Assembly (NCBI GenBank): GCA_964016885.1
Contig: OZ024740.1
Coordinates: 169,136,001 to 169,200,000 of the forward strand
Length of the DNA: 64,000 bases
Source of the DNA: Eledone cirrhosa
Lineage: Eukaryota
Direction of reading: 5' to 3'
Positions 14,568 through 25,650 of this stretch are shown here, piece by piece. Made by a program: the position numbers and the translations under genes. How positions within the stretch are numbered: position 1 is the first letter of the stretch; every line of letters begins with the position of its first letter. The notes below the pieces were generated by a model that worked only from the letters and a program-made list of their open reading frames with translations, searched no databases and had not been told where the DNA came from.

Positions 14568-14759
14568 CCCATTAGCATTTATAATACTATATATATACAA
14601 TTATATTACCTCAGAATTATCTCACATAATATCATATCTAGGAGATTTTGCTATTATTTATTTTGAGAACAATACCTTAACATAAGTATGAGCAGTCGGT
14701 TTGAACAGAAAGAGGTGAGAGAATTCTGGCCAGATATGGGTGGTTTAAATGCTAAAGGG
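14568..14759. mobile_element. piggyBac-like MITE
   Basis: TTAA|CCCATTAGCATTT ... AAATGCTAAAGGG|TTAA; a second copy at ~4990-5188 shares gagaacaataccttaac..gaggtgagagaattctggccagata. Confidence 0.7.
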
Positions 14760-16129
14760 TTAAGGCAGTGCTCTAGTGGAGCCACAATTTAATGACTAAA
14801 ACCAGTAAAATAATAGATGTATGTAAATGTGTCTATATTTATGTGTGTTTGCTTGTTCTCTTTTCTTTGTATATAACACTGTAGATGGTGATGTTTGTTT
14901 ATCTTTAACAAAATCCGTTATTCTGCTGCTCAAAGATTAAACATGCGAAAATCCATATCTTAGAAATAAAGTTTGGTATCAGAATGGGCAATGGGTGTAG
15001 AATTTTGCATCAAAATGTCTTCTTTCATGCATGTCAACATGGAAATATGAATGTAAAAGTGATGATGTTTGTTTACATTGTTTGATGGATTATGGTCATT
15101 TGATTAAATATGACTCACTCGAACATGCAGGCTTGCACTTCAATCTCATTTGAGCATATGGCTTGTACAAGCTTAGCAAACTTAACAAAAGAAGCATGCC
15201 ATTAGTTAAACTGTTCAGACGCACTTAAACATAAGCCAAACACAGCAATTACATTGAGACAAGTCGCTACTCTCTAATTTTCTGAACCAGTTCAGCTCTC
15301 TAGTCTCAGCACTACAATCACATACACTGGCACTCTATAATTTCTCAGGAGGTCGCTTTCTGTTATAAAACAGTGACCTGCTAGCTGTTGTCCTCGGGAT
15401 TTCTATTGACCACACATGATGGTTAAGTAGCAGATAGCTATTTTTCATAGGTCGTTTGACCAGAGAATAATTTCTACATCTTACTCTCTCTAATTCTTCA
15501 CTTAAATTTTTAGTTTATTTTACTCTTTTACTCTTACATGTGCGAGTTCGATCTCTTTATGGATACGTTTACAAACTGACAATTTTTTATTCAATCAATG
15601 AATTCCCTTCATCTACCCACAGAATTTCTGTATTTCATAAGTTTTGCCAAATACTTTAAATCACACATTCCCTTACCAGCATGTCAACATTATTGATTAA
15701 AATAATGTAATTTCACGAACTTTGGAATGAAGTTTCCAAAGCAGTTATTAACGAAATATCAAAGCATTATTTTAGTCAGAATAAAATGCATTCCTTTCTT
15801 CTCTGTAATATACCAAACATAATTTTTGCTTGCTTTCTTTAATATATATTTTGACCGGAAGTTGGATAATGTTTTAACTGCTATCTAGTAACATATAGAG
15901 TGCCAAAAATAGCATTAAACACTCCAATAAACTCTTCTGGTAACGCATTCAAATTCCCGTTTCGGCTTTCTACAAATAATGAGAATTGAGGTGTACCATG
16001 GAAGAAAAATACACTTTTTCCACTTTGAGATCAAGTAATTTTAGTCAAATAACAACCTCGATTAATATTAGTCAGAGAGTTAGTATTTTACTCTTTTTAC
16101 GGCAACGGTAGTTTTAATTAATTGTCATT

Positions 16130-16320
16130 GCGGTGGATTGGCAGTATCGGTAGAGGGGCGGACGCCATGCTTTGACGCAAAGAGTTACGGCCCTTGCCAT
16201 TCTGAGTTCAAATCTCGCCGAGGTTAACTTTGTCTTTCATCCTTACGGGGGTCGATAAAATAAAGTACCAGTAATGCACTGAGGTAACTGCTGGCCTTGT
16301 GCCAAAAGTAGAAACAATTA
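16130..16320 (+). mobile_element. tRNA-derived SINE with Nin/Deu-like central domain (major family)
   Basis: A-box-like tggcagtatcggt, B-box gagttcaaatc, core gcctttcatccttacggggtcgataaaataaagtaccag, tail ggccttgtgccaaaagtagaaacaatt. Other copies approx. 462-580+, 1770-1970-, 4120-4230-, 43890-44070-, 57300-57435-, 59230-59325-, 61345-61480+, 62500-62710+, 63115-63280-. Confidence 0.85.
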
Positions 16321-16467
16321 TTTTTGTCCACTACATCTGTGTGTTAGCACTCACTAGACCAGAATTCGAGAGCGTTAGTAGCAAAAGCAAGCAAAAACAA
16401 TTTTAACTTTTTTTAAATACCAAACAGCCTCCAGTTCTATGATACATAACTATTTGTTTTAAAATGG

Positions 16468-16541
<74 letters not shown>

Positions 16542-17553
16542 GGGTCAAGCAAAGACCGAGAAAACTGGGCGCCTGGCACACTGAGTGTGCCCAGGCGCTC
16601 ACCGCCCTCTGGCAGGCGGATCCGGTTATCAGTGGAGACTCCACCGCAACATTCTATAGAGGGCTGGTACGCAGCAGGTGCGACGACGCCCTCGGAGAAG
16701 CCCTAGACATGGAGGAGGACGAACTGGCCAGCCTGTTCGGTAGGACATTCAGCCCGGGACCTATGGACAACTTCCAGAAGTCCCTGGCCTGGCAGTGCTA
16801 CCGAGGGGCTTTACCCGTTCGAGAAAGGCTCTACAGACACGGGCGCCCGGGTAGGGACCCCGCCAAAAAGATCTGTCCCAGATGCGTGTGCGACGAGGAA
16901 ACCGTTGCACACGCATTGGTACACTGCTCGGGCGTAGCCGATCTGTGGGGCTATGTCGAACAACTGCTGTCAAGGGTGGGACCGATCCGGTTGACCACCG
17001 AGTCTATTGTAATGATCAAGCCGCCTCCCCCCTTCAAAGATGAAGCAGAGGCGGTGTTTCTGTGCGTAATAGCCATGGCGAAAGAGGTTGTATGGTGGAC
17101 GCGTCTGAAAGGACTGAGGTCGGGCACCTTTCTCTCTGGCCAACAACTGGTCCGTTTCTTCCGATATCATTTCGGAAGAAGGATCAGGATGGAGAGAGAG
17201 GTGCTGCACCCCAGCCGTTTCTATGAAAGATGGGTGAAAGTGGCGAGAATGGCCCGTGTGAATGGGCCTTCACTCTACATCAGACTATAGGTGAGGAAGA
17301 TGAAAGACCAAGGGAGCACCCCTTCTCTGTGCTCCTGAGGAGTAGGGTTGCACACTTTTTTTCGGGGGTGTGTGCGACCCCCCAAGGCGCCTCCTCTCTA
17401 TTGAGGATTTTGTTAAAAATTTTATTTTTTGTTATATCTTATTTTATTTTTATATTTTGTTATTGCCTCCTCCTTATTGAGGACGCCTTTTTGTGTAAAC
17501 TCCCCCCTTTGTACTTGTCCCACTTTTGATGCCCTAGTGGCAAATAAAAGAAA
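16542..17553 (+). mobile_element. 5'-truncated Tx1/L1-like non-LTR retrotransposon (ORF2 C-terminal zf-RVT + 3' UTR)
   Basis: ORF 16709-17290 with WQCYRGALPV..CPRCVCDEETVAHALVHC..W; nearly identical to 36120-37122; (TATC)n on both sides. Confidence 0.9.
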
Positions 17554-17569
17554 TATATCTATCTATCTA

Positions 17570-17775
17570 AACTCTTCGAACTCCTGGAGATGAGGGTTGC
17601 ACATTTTTTTTTCGGGGGTATGTGTTACCCATATGTAATGTCTCCCCCTATTGGGGAAAATCGATTAATTTTTAAATTGCATTTGTGATAATATTTTACA
17701 CGTTTTTACTGTATGTAAACTTCCCCCTTTGTATTTGTCCCCTTCTTTTGTGCCCCTGTGGCTAATAAAGAAACA
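17570..17775 (+). mobile_element. 3' UTR fragment of a related Tx1-like subfamily
   Basis: Shares gggttgcaca-polyT-cggggg, gtaaact(t)cccccttt, ttgtccc and aataaagaaa with the Tx1 3' UTR; flanked by TATC repeats. Confidence 0.75.
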
Positions 17776-17785
17776 TATCTATCTA

Positions 17786-18592
17786 TCTATATACTACTAT
17801 ATACTACTAAAACTCTGATCTTGCTTGCGTGCTTGCTTGTCTGTTATGTAATACAGCCAAAAGGGCGCATAATGGGTAAATACTTTGAAAGCAAATTGCC
17901 TCTGAAATGGGAATACGAGTTCCCGAGATTCGCGGGTTTTGGGGGTACCTTTGTAAATAGCCCCAACGGTGCATACTGGGAAAATACCCCGAAATTAACA
18001 TAACCCTGCAAAACTCCGTAAATAGCCAAAACATTGCATAATGAGAAAATACTCTGAATAAAACAAGTTTGGCGTAAATCGGACATGAGCAATATTTTCA
18101 ATTTTCAAAAAATAGCAAGGAATTCGTTTAAATTCAATTTATCTTATTATATAATGAATATCGAAAGAAATAATCCGTTTGTTTTTTGGTTGTCCATTCT
18201 GTAGGTAAGAGAGACAGAGAGAGAGGGAGTTGAGAGAGTGAGGGATGAGAGAGAGGGGATGAGAGAGAGAATAAAGAGATGAGAGAGAGGGGGGATGACA
18301 GGTGACTTCAAAGAATCGAATACAGCATTACTGTATCTAGCTTGAATTTGGCGACTGAATATTAAGTTATATGTATCTTATAACTTGTGTTAGGACAGGA
18401 TGTATGTGTGTGTGTATCTGTGACCAGTGTATATAGGCCACAGAGACCCACACACACACGTACATATTCACACACACATACACGTATATATATATTGGCT
18501 TTCCAATGTCATTTTACATTATATACATTTTGTATATATTTTAATTATTTAAAAATTATTCTTAAGTGAACATGACCCAACGGGTGGTCTAG
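17786..18592 (+). mobile_element. Non-autonomous Helitron, family A copy 1
   Basis: A|TC start, ...acgggtggtCTAG|T end; 5' and 3' portions shared with 37133-37731. Confidence 0.7.
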
Positions 18593-20632
18593 TATTTATC
18601 TAAAAATTAAAAAAACCTTCCATCATAAATATATGTAAAAACCTATATAAGTTATGTTCCAAATATCAGCTTAATAATGAGAAAGTTAGTGATATCACTA
18701 AAGCCCTCAAAATCTTGTTTATGTTCGAAATTATTTTAAAATCCTAGGCAGTATCTTTTTTTTATTTTTTTATTAAAAATACAGTACCTGGAATAATGGG
18801 CAAAGGACAAGGGAGACAACCTTACTTCAACTTAAAATGGTCTCCGATACAGATTCAAGATCGCCATGATCTTTTGGGTGGGAAATGAAACATCGAATAA
18901 ACCGAGCCCACAGATTTCTTTTCATTTCTTTTAAATTCCTTTTTAGTCGTTTCGGCCATAAACCCCGGTACTGCGGCTTGCAATGCAGATGACAGGTAGA
19001 CAAATACCGGGGTTTGTCCGGCCGCTCCCTCTTCCCACTGGTCGTTGTCGAGACCTCAGGCGTCCTCGGATCCCGTATTGCCGAGCTTCCCTGCAAAATC
19101 GGAACGTCAGCAGCCCGTCTGGGGAAGGAGCTTTGCGAGGTGGGGTGGCTGTAGCAGCGGGTGTCGCTGGTCATTGTCCGCGGAAATGCCTTTGCAGTTT
19201 AGTCCGCGGAGCGCTGCCCAAACACCATCCTGCCCTAGGCCCCGAGCCCATCACCATCTCCCTTTCCTCCTCCCTTTCTTCTGTGGCCCAAGAGTCCTTG
19301 CTTTTCTCCTCCCTTTCCTCTTATTTATGGCATTTATAGTCCTTTCCTCTATTTTCTCAAACAGCCATATCTGCCTTTCTTTACCCCTTCCCCTTTTTCT
19401 CATTACTTAAATTTGTTTTATCTTTCTTTTTCGTAGTTATGTAATTACCAATGGTTTTTAAGTCAACTCTGTGAGTGAAACACATTTATTGAGAATAAAC
19501 ACGTATATAAGGAAGAATTAACAATATGTAAAAAGAGATCCTAGGTTGTAACTTCATCCTAAACGGACGGTAGTCCGTTTAGTAATATTGTTGTGGTCGT
19601 GTTTTCGTTGGCAATCGTCTGTTTACGACAGTACAGCGCGGCTCTACTTTATTTAACTGAGATAAAACTTATATGAACATGAACAGTAGATCATTACGCA
19701 TCTTTTGGCTTAAAAATCTAGAAATTTGGTCCAGCGGGAAAAAGTTTATAATCAAAGTTTGCTGATAAATCTTGTGTTCAAGTGAGTGAGTAGTAAGCGT
19801 GACGCTAGGGGAGGTAATCCAGAAATGACGAATTTTTTTCGGCGGAACTCTTGTGATTGTGATTACGTTAGTCAAATGTAGTCAAATCGCCGAATCCCCT
19901 CCTCCTAATTGACTACGTCATTTCTGAACTTGCGTCAGTGTGAAACATTACTTCACTTTTCACTGCTAAAATGCTTTTTAAATACTTCGTTAAAAATTTA
20001 TGTTTATTATCAAAGCTATATTTTGTACCAATCTATCAATAGTTTGCGAAAATATAGGTAAACATGTGAGTTAAATTTTTTTTAATCGCATCGATCGCTT
20101 TGTCGCACCGAGTGTGACACTGTCTGACTGTCTGTCTGACTGTCTGTCTGACTGACACCTTTGTCGGACCGACATCTTTGTTCAAGCGGACAACTTTGTG
20201 TCACTGACACCTTTGTTCGTGCCGGCATCTCTGCGAAACACCGATGACAACAACCAGACCAAAATTTCACTTCATTCTTCATTCTTCTTCAAGACCGATC
20301 GCCGACCGATCGTATCGGTTGCTCTTCATATACCAGGTATTCAACAGATAGTTTGCACTTCTAGTATTATTAACAGTCGTGCGATTTTTTGTACCGATAG
20401 GTGCGAATAGTGCGATAGGTGCGAATAGTGTACAATATTTTCTGAGATTTGCATCCACTAATTTCGCTTAATTAAAAATGATGTTTCGCGGCTTTTTGAT
20501 CGGCTTATTCATTTTTTCCATGGCACAGGAAATGGAGTATTTCCATTTCGAATCAAAACTTTTCACTAAAATCGGGCAATTGGACTGATCAAATTCACAT
20601 TCATGCCAGTTTTTACAAATCCATAATTAGAA

Positions 20633-21274
20633 ATGTGGCGAAATCGAATGACCAGAAGGTATAAAAATATTAATTCAAATGTATTTACTTATCATACCAA
20701 CAAAAATACTTACATATTTTGTATACCTGGGGCCCGTCAGGGCCAGGTAATGTTAATCGCCAACATTGTTATCTGTTGTCCTTTTGTGAAAGTATTGGTG
20801 GTTCATGTCGGCTCTAATGATCTGAATCCTCGTCGCACCGTTGGCACTACAAAGCTGTGCAAAGTAATACAATAATTTTTGCCCAAGTATTTTTTATTAA
20901 TCATTTATTTGTAAATTAAGGACAAAGTGCCCATTCGAGGCACAAAACCGGAAAAACAGGGGAAGAGTCTCTTTGCAAGGCTACAGAAAATAGCGGAAAA
21001 GCACCACTGTACACCCATTTTCTACAGTGGTGTCATTCCACGTCCACAAAGTGTAATTGAAAATAAAAATGACTTGGGCAAGAGAAATTCTCGTTTGGAA
21101 AAGTTTAATTACTGCATGAAAGAAATGATTCAAAAATTGAACTTACCCAATCTTCACAACATTGAAAATTGGTCAAAATTTGACAAATCTGACTTCAAAC
21201 CAGATATGATTCATTTGAACAATGTTGGAAATCTTAAATTGACACACATTTTTGCCAATGTTTTTGCCACCTGA
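20633..21274 (+). CDS. SGNH/GDSL hydrolase-like gene with one 57-nt intron (20864-20920); N-terminus uncertain, possibly decaying
   Basis: Blocks II (CIPGAR), III (VVHVGSNDL), YSGVIPRP and V (DMIHLN..G). AAA|gtaata..ttaag|GAC joins the two track ORFs in phase 0 into ~194 aa. AATAAA at ~21311. Confidence 0.75.
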
Positions 21275-21454
21275 TCCTTGTTCTATGGCTGACTGACTAA
21301 TTTTGTGACTTAATAAAATGTCATCATACTAGTAATGCACAATGGTCATTTTTAAATTTAAATTTTATTAAATAGTTGTTGCTTGCATTGCCTTAAAATA
21401 GTAACAAGAATGTACACATACTTTTTAAAAATACATCATTATCAGTCAAATCAG

Positions 21455-21814
21455 TCAAATGTCACTAAAAGCCAGGTGGTCGATAACAACGTCTATAAGA
21501 TTAGTTACATGCTCACACATTGGATCTCCTCTCATCAATGGCATTGGGTTTCTGAGATAATCGTGGAGATAACTGATGAAGTCACAAATGAAGTGATGGT
21601 CTTCCAGTGTGAACAACTCCCTATATCCATTGATATATGTGATGGCTTCCGATTCAGAGGTGCATTTTATGAGGAATTCCATGCATCCGATTTTCAGTGA
21701 TTCAATGGGCATTTTATCAGAGATGATAAGGTATTTGACCACGTTTTGCTTTGTAAGTAAATTGGAGAGAATCACTGCAGTCAAAGTCATTTCTTTGCAT
21801 GGGTTTTTGTCCAT
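21455..21814 (-). CDS. Orphan 119-aa protein convergent with the SGNH-like gene
   Basis: Intact globular-looking ORF in AT-rich DNA, ATG directly after a ctttttag acceptor, minus-strand AATAAA at ~21363; no family recognised. Confidence 0.45.
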   Translation of the reverse strand: MDKNPCKEMTLTAVILSNLLTKQNVVKYLIISDKMPIESLKIGCMEFLIKCTSESEAITYINGYRELFTLEDHHFICDFISYLHDYLRNPMPLMRGDPMCEHVTNLIDVVIDHLAFSDI

Positions 21815-22092
21815 TCTAAAAAGTTAAAATGATAAAGTATTACTACTATATAACTTACATCTATTGTTGTAACACCATTGAAATGCACAAGTTTCACCAA
21901 TTCACTACTATGCACTAATCATCTCAAATGCATTCATGATTTACTAGCTAGCTTTGTCATTAAGCCAGTTGCCTCAACTAGATTGCAATTATACTCAAAA
22001 GAACTTTAAAATGTCAATCACTTGTCAGTAATTCACTATGATCATTTAATTATTAGATAGTTGTTGCTTGCATTGCCTTAAAAAATAGTAGA

Positions 22093-23152
22093 CCAGATAG
22101 AAAAATGCGTACAGCAAAAAAAAGTAATATTGTTGGAATATAAACCTTTAGAAATACAGGACAAGAAACTAAAATAAAACTTTAAAAGAATAGGACAAGA
22201 AACTAAGATAAAACTTTAAAATAATAGGACAAAAAAACTAAGATAAAACTTTAAAGAATTGGACAAGAAATAAAAATGTTTACAATAATATTAGTGGCAA
22301 AATTTGTTTATTCGTTTCCTGTGCTATGCCCCAGTATCTTCTTGATTAGTGCATAATAATTGTCATGCTCTCATTGTGCGTTGCCCCTGAGCGGTTGGTT
22401 CTGGTTGGGGTTGGTTGGCTGAGCAGTTCTGCTCCGTCAGAATGACCATTGCAAGAAGAATTGGCCGATGCAGCTGCAGGTCTCCTCCAAGAATGCACTT
22501 CTGGTCCCGCAACACCAGACGAAGATGGAGAAGACGACCGGGACAAGATGTCGACTCTGACCACCGACTACGGCACCTCCCTCAACCACCGGTCCTCCCT
22601 CCCTCTGTCCCGTCATCCCTCCAGTCCTCCTGCTCCCCCTTCCTGTACCAGAAAGCTGTGGCACGCATTCATATGGACTGACGGACTTGAACTCAAGGAC
22701 AAGATGCAAGGAGAAGATGGACGGGTTGGTCAAGATCAAGGATGAGCGGGACGACAAGACCGTCCGCTGCTGCTCAAGATCTGTGCTCATGGGCCCATGG
22801 GTCCATTCACATTATGCATGACACATGAGGCGTGTCGCCGAATGATGAAATAGGGGTATGGTTATGGCCCAATTGGTGTTCAAACCAGGATAAAATGATC
22901 CCCCGGTCTGACGACGACCTCTGAATGTGGAACCCAGAGCCTATGAATGTGGAACTCGATTTTTTACCAATAAAAATTTTGCCACTAATATTATTGTAAC
23001 ATTTTTTATTTTTTGTCCAATTCTTTAAAGTTTTATCTTAGTTTCTTGTCCTATTCTTTTAAAGTTTTATTTTAGTTTCTTGTCCTGTATTTTTAAAGGT
23101 TTATATTCCAACAATATTACTTTTTTTTGCTGTACGCATTTTTCTATCTGGT
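22093..23152. repeat. Long inverted repeat (arms ~22093-22306 and ~22974-23152) with internal ~32-nt subrepeats
   Basis: accagatagaaaaatgcgtacagc..ttagtggcaaaattt is mirrored on the right; the unit ggacaagaaactaagataaaactttaaa occurs 3x in the left arm and 2x in the right. Confidence 0.92.
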
Positions 23153-23167
23153 TTAACTATTATTCTG

Positions 23168-23380
23168 TTGGCTGTATCGGTAGAGCATCGGATACCGTGC
23201 TGCATAGCATACAGTTATGGTCCTTTATATTCTAAGTTCAAATCCCGCCGAGGTTAGCTTTGCCTTTCATGGCCCTTACGGGGCCGATAAAATAAAGCAC
23301 CAGTAATGTACTGGGGTCGATTTAATCGACTTAACCCTCCCCTAAAACTTCTGGCCTTGTGCCTATATTAGAAATCATTA
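23168..23380 (+). mobile_element. SINE, major family copy
   Basis: Same A/B boxes and core as 16130-16320. Confidence 0.85.
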
Positions 23381-24036
23381 TTCTGAGAAAGAGAGAGAGA
23401 AGTATAAATACATTGCCGAAAATACATAGCCCATTGTGCAAAGATGAGACACCAAACGCTGTATGTAGAGTAACAGCTATATATAAAACGATACTAAGGA
23501 TTCAAACTATAAATAGGAATTCACAATGTTCGTCACAAGTATGAAAATACACTCTTGACAGGTGCAATGTGTCCGAATACGGAAGAGCCAAATTCCCATC
23601 GTTATCACCCCCATCTCTCTCGCCCTCCCCATCTCTCTGCATAGTGAGCAAATGGGGTCCCACGTGCTGGCCGCCCCACAGTCTCGGCGACAGAATGGAG
23701 AAGGCGTTTCCCCGGAGGATGGTAAGTGAGATGCGCTGGAAGAGCTATTCATCTCGCGAAGCTCACACCTGCGGCTGGCCAGCTCAGATGCTTTATTTAT
23801 TGACCCCCGAAAGGATAAAAACCCATGTTGACCACATCTCTGTCAATTCGCCGCCTTCAACTAAACTGTTCTCCCCTACAAATTGTCAATATTCTTTTAA
23901 GGAATTTCTAAAGTTTAGCTCCATACCACTTACAACAATTTCCGACGCATATTTCTATATTTCGCATAACACAGTAGGATGCCATGAAACCATGAATAGA
24001 AATGAAACACTCAGTGATAGTCGGAGAATTAAAATG

Positions 24037-24074
<38 letters not shown>

Positions 24075-24324
24075 CGTACGCACGCGCGTTATGTGTGACT
24101 CTCTGTGTAGGTGTTTCGTAATTTATATATCATAGTCTATCAACGTATACAAATACATGGAATGGGAACATACATTTGCGATTAACGAACAGTACGAATC
24201 AGCACCAACATTTCTAAAATAAAACACCTTTTTTTCTTTTCTTACAAAATGGTGACCCGGTCGGGATACGAACCAGATATCCGAAGTAATGTCCGACATA
24301 ACAAGCAGACATTATTGAAACAAT

Positions 24325-24500
24325 GAGTTGGCAGTATCGGTAGAGGGTCGGACGCAGCATAGAGTTACGGCTCTTTACGGCCTGAGTTCAAATTACGCCG
24401 TGGTTAACTTTGCTTTTCATCCTTACGGGGTCGATAAAATAAAGTACCAGTAATGCACTGATTTAATTGCTGGCCTTGTGCCAAAAGTAGAAACAATTAT
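24325..24500 (+). mobile_element. SINE, major family copy
   Basis: Same A/B boxes, core and tail. Confidence 0.85.
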
Positions 24501-24720
24501 TGAAATAGCCCAGCTTAACCCCTTCCGATGAGATTCAAGCCGGCACTGACTTTCGAATGAAATAGTTATTCATCGACTCACATAGATACCGTACCCGAAA
24601 TACTGGGAGGTCGTTGAGTATAGCTTATATTGATAAAATTACACCGGTAACATGTGAACGACACGAATCTGCCTCGTACATTTGGTTTTAATTCAATATA
24701 TAATAATCTATATATGTAAA

Positions 24721-25050
24721 TCTATATATATAAAAGGGAGATGTTTATTGGTTGGTTGCTTGGTTGAATCACACGCACACACACAAATACATGCACACAC
24801 ATCCAAAGAGAGAGAGAGAGAGAGAGAGAGAGGCAGAAAGAGAGAGATAGGGTGTTATACAGAGAGATACAATTAAAGTGTTAGATATTCAAAGAGAGAG
24901 AGCGAGTGAGAGAGAGAGAGGGGGGCAGAAAGAGAGAGATAGGGTGTTATACAGAGAGAGAGATACAATTAAAGTGTTAGATATTCAGAGAGAGAGAGAG
25001 CGAGCGAGAAAGAGAGAGAGTGAGAGAGAGAGTGAGAGAGAGAAAGAGAA

Positions 25051-25082
<32 letters not shown>

Positions 25083-25563
25083 TGTGTGTGAGAGAGAGAG
25101 AGAGGGACATCCCACGAAAGTATCAGTTGAAGGTTTAACAATATTGCGTTAGCTTTTATAAAGTCGTTTTACAGTCTTTGATTTTACAGAACAAAGAAAA
25201 ATTGATACTATTTGAAATTAATCTACCCTCCAGCTTTTATCCATATTTACAGACCGTACAAACAAAGCAATACTTCAGAAGCAATGTTATGCGGTATATT
25301 GTTGTGTTTCAGATGACGTCCCTTGGAGCTGAAAAAGATCATACTGACTATGGTTATTTCACATTTAAAATCCAATGCCAATGCTACTATTTAATCGGCA
25401 GTTTACTCCCCCAGCCTAATAAGGAAGTTTTATGATTGTTTTTTTTTTTATGTCTCTCTCACACACACACTCACACACATGACGGTCTCACCTCATACCA
25501 GACAGCACAGCTAATACAGTCGTTTTCTCTGTTCTCCCGGGCGAAGCCGAGTACCTCATCTAG
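24721..25563 (+). mobile_element. Non-autonomous Helitron carrying Rep/Hel N-terminal fragments
   Basis: A|TCTATATATATAAAA start, subterminal hairpin cccgggcgaagccgag, CTAG|T end; 25110-25435 matches 31440-31560 and 32750-32911 (FTFKIQ.QCY.LIGSLLP). Confidence 0.82.
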
Positions 25564-25614
25564 TATAAGACAGATGTTTCTTGGTTGGTTGCACGAAAGT
25601 TACACACACACATC

Positions 25615-25650
<36 letters not shown>

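Noticed and set aside
16130-16220. tRNA gene
   Set aside because: A/B boxes belong to a SINE head; no cloverleaf, and the sequence continues into the SINE core in many copies.
18826-19400. Telomerase RNA, RNase P/MRP or 7SK
   Set aside because: No CTAACCCT template on either strand, no convincing P4 pseudoknot pair, no 7SK-type terminal motifs.
22150-22270. CRISPR-like array
   Set aside because: The ~32-nt units are contiguous tandem repeats with no unique spacers, and the context is eukaryotic.
24520-24570. Possible hammerhead (ccgatga gattc..gaat gaaat agtt)
   Set aside because: Core mutated and no stem I pairing.
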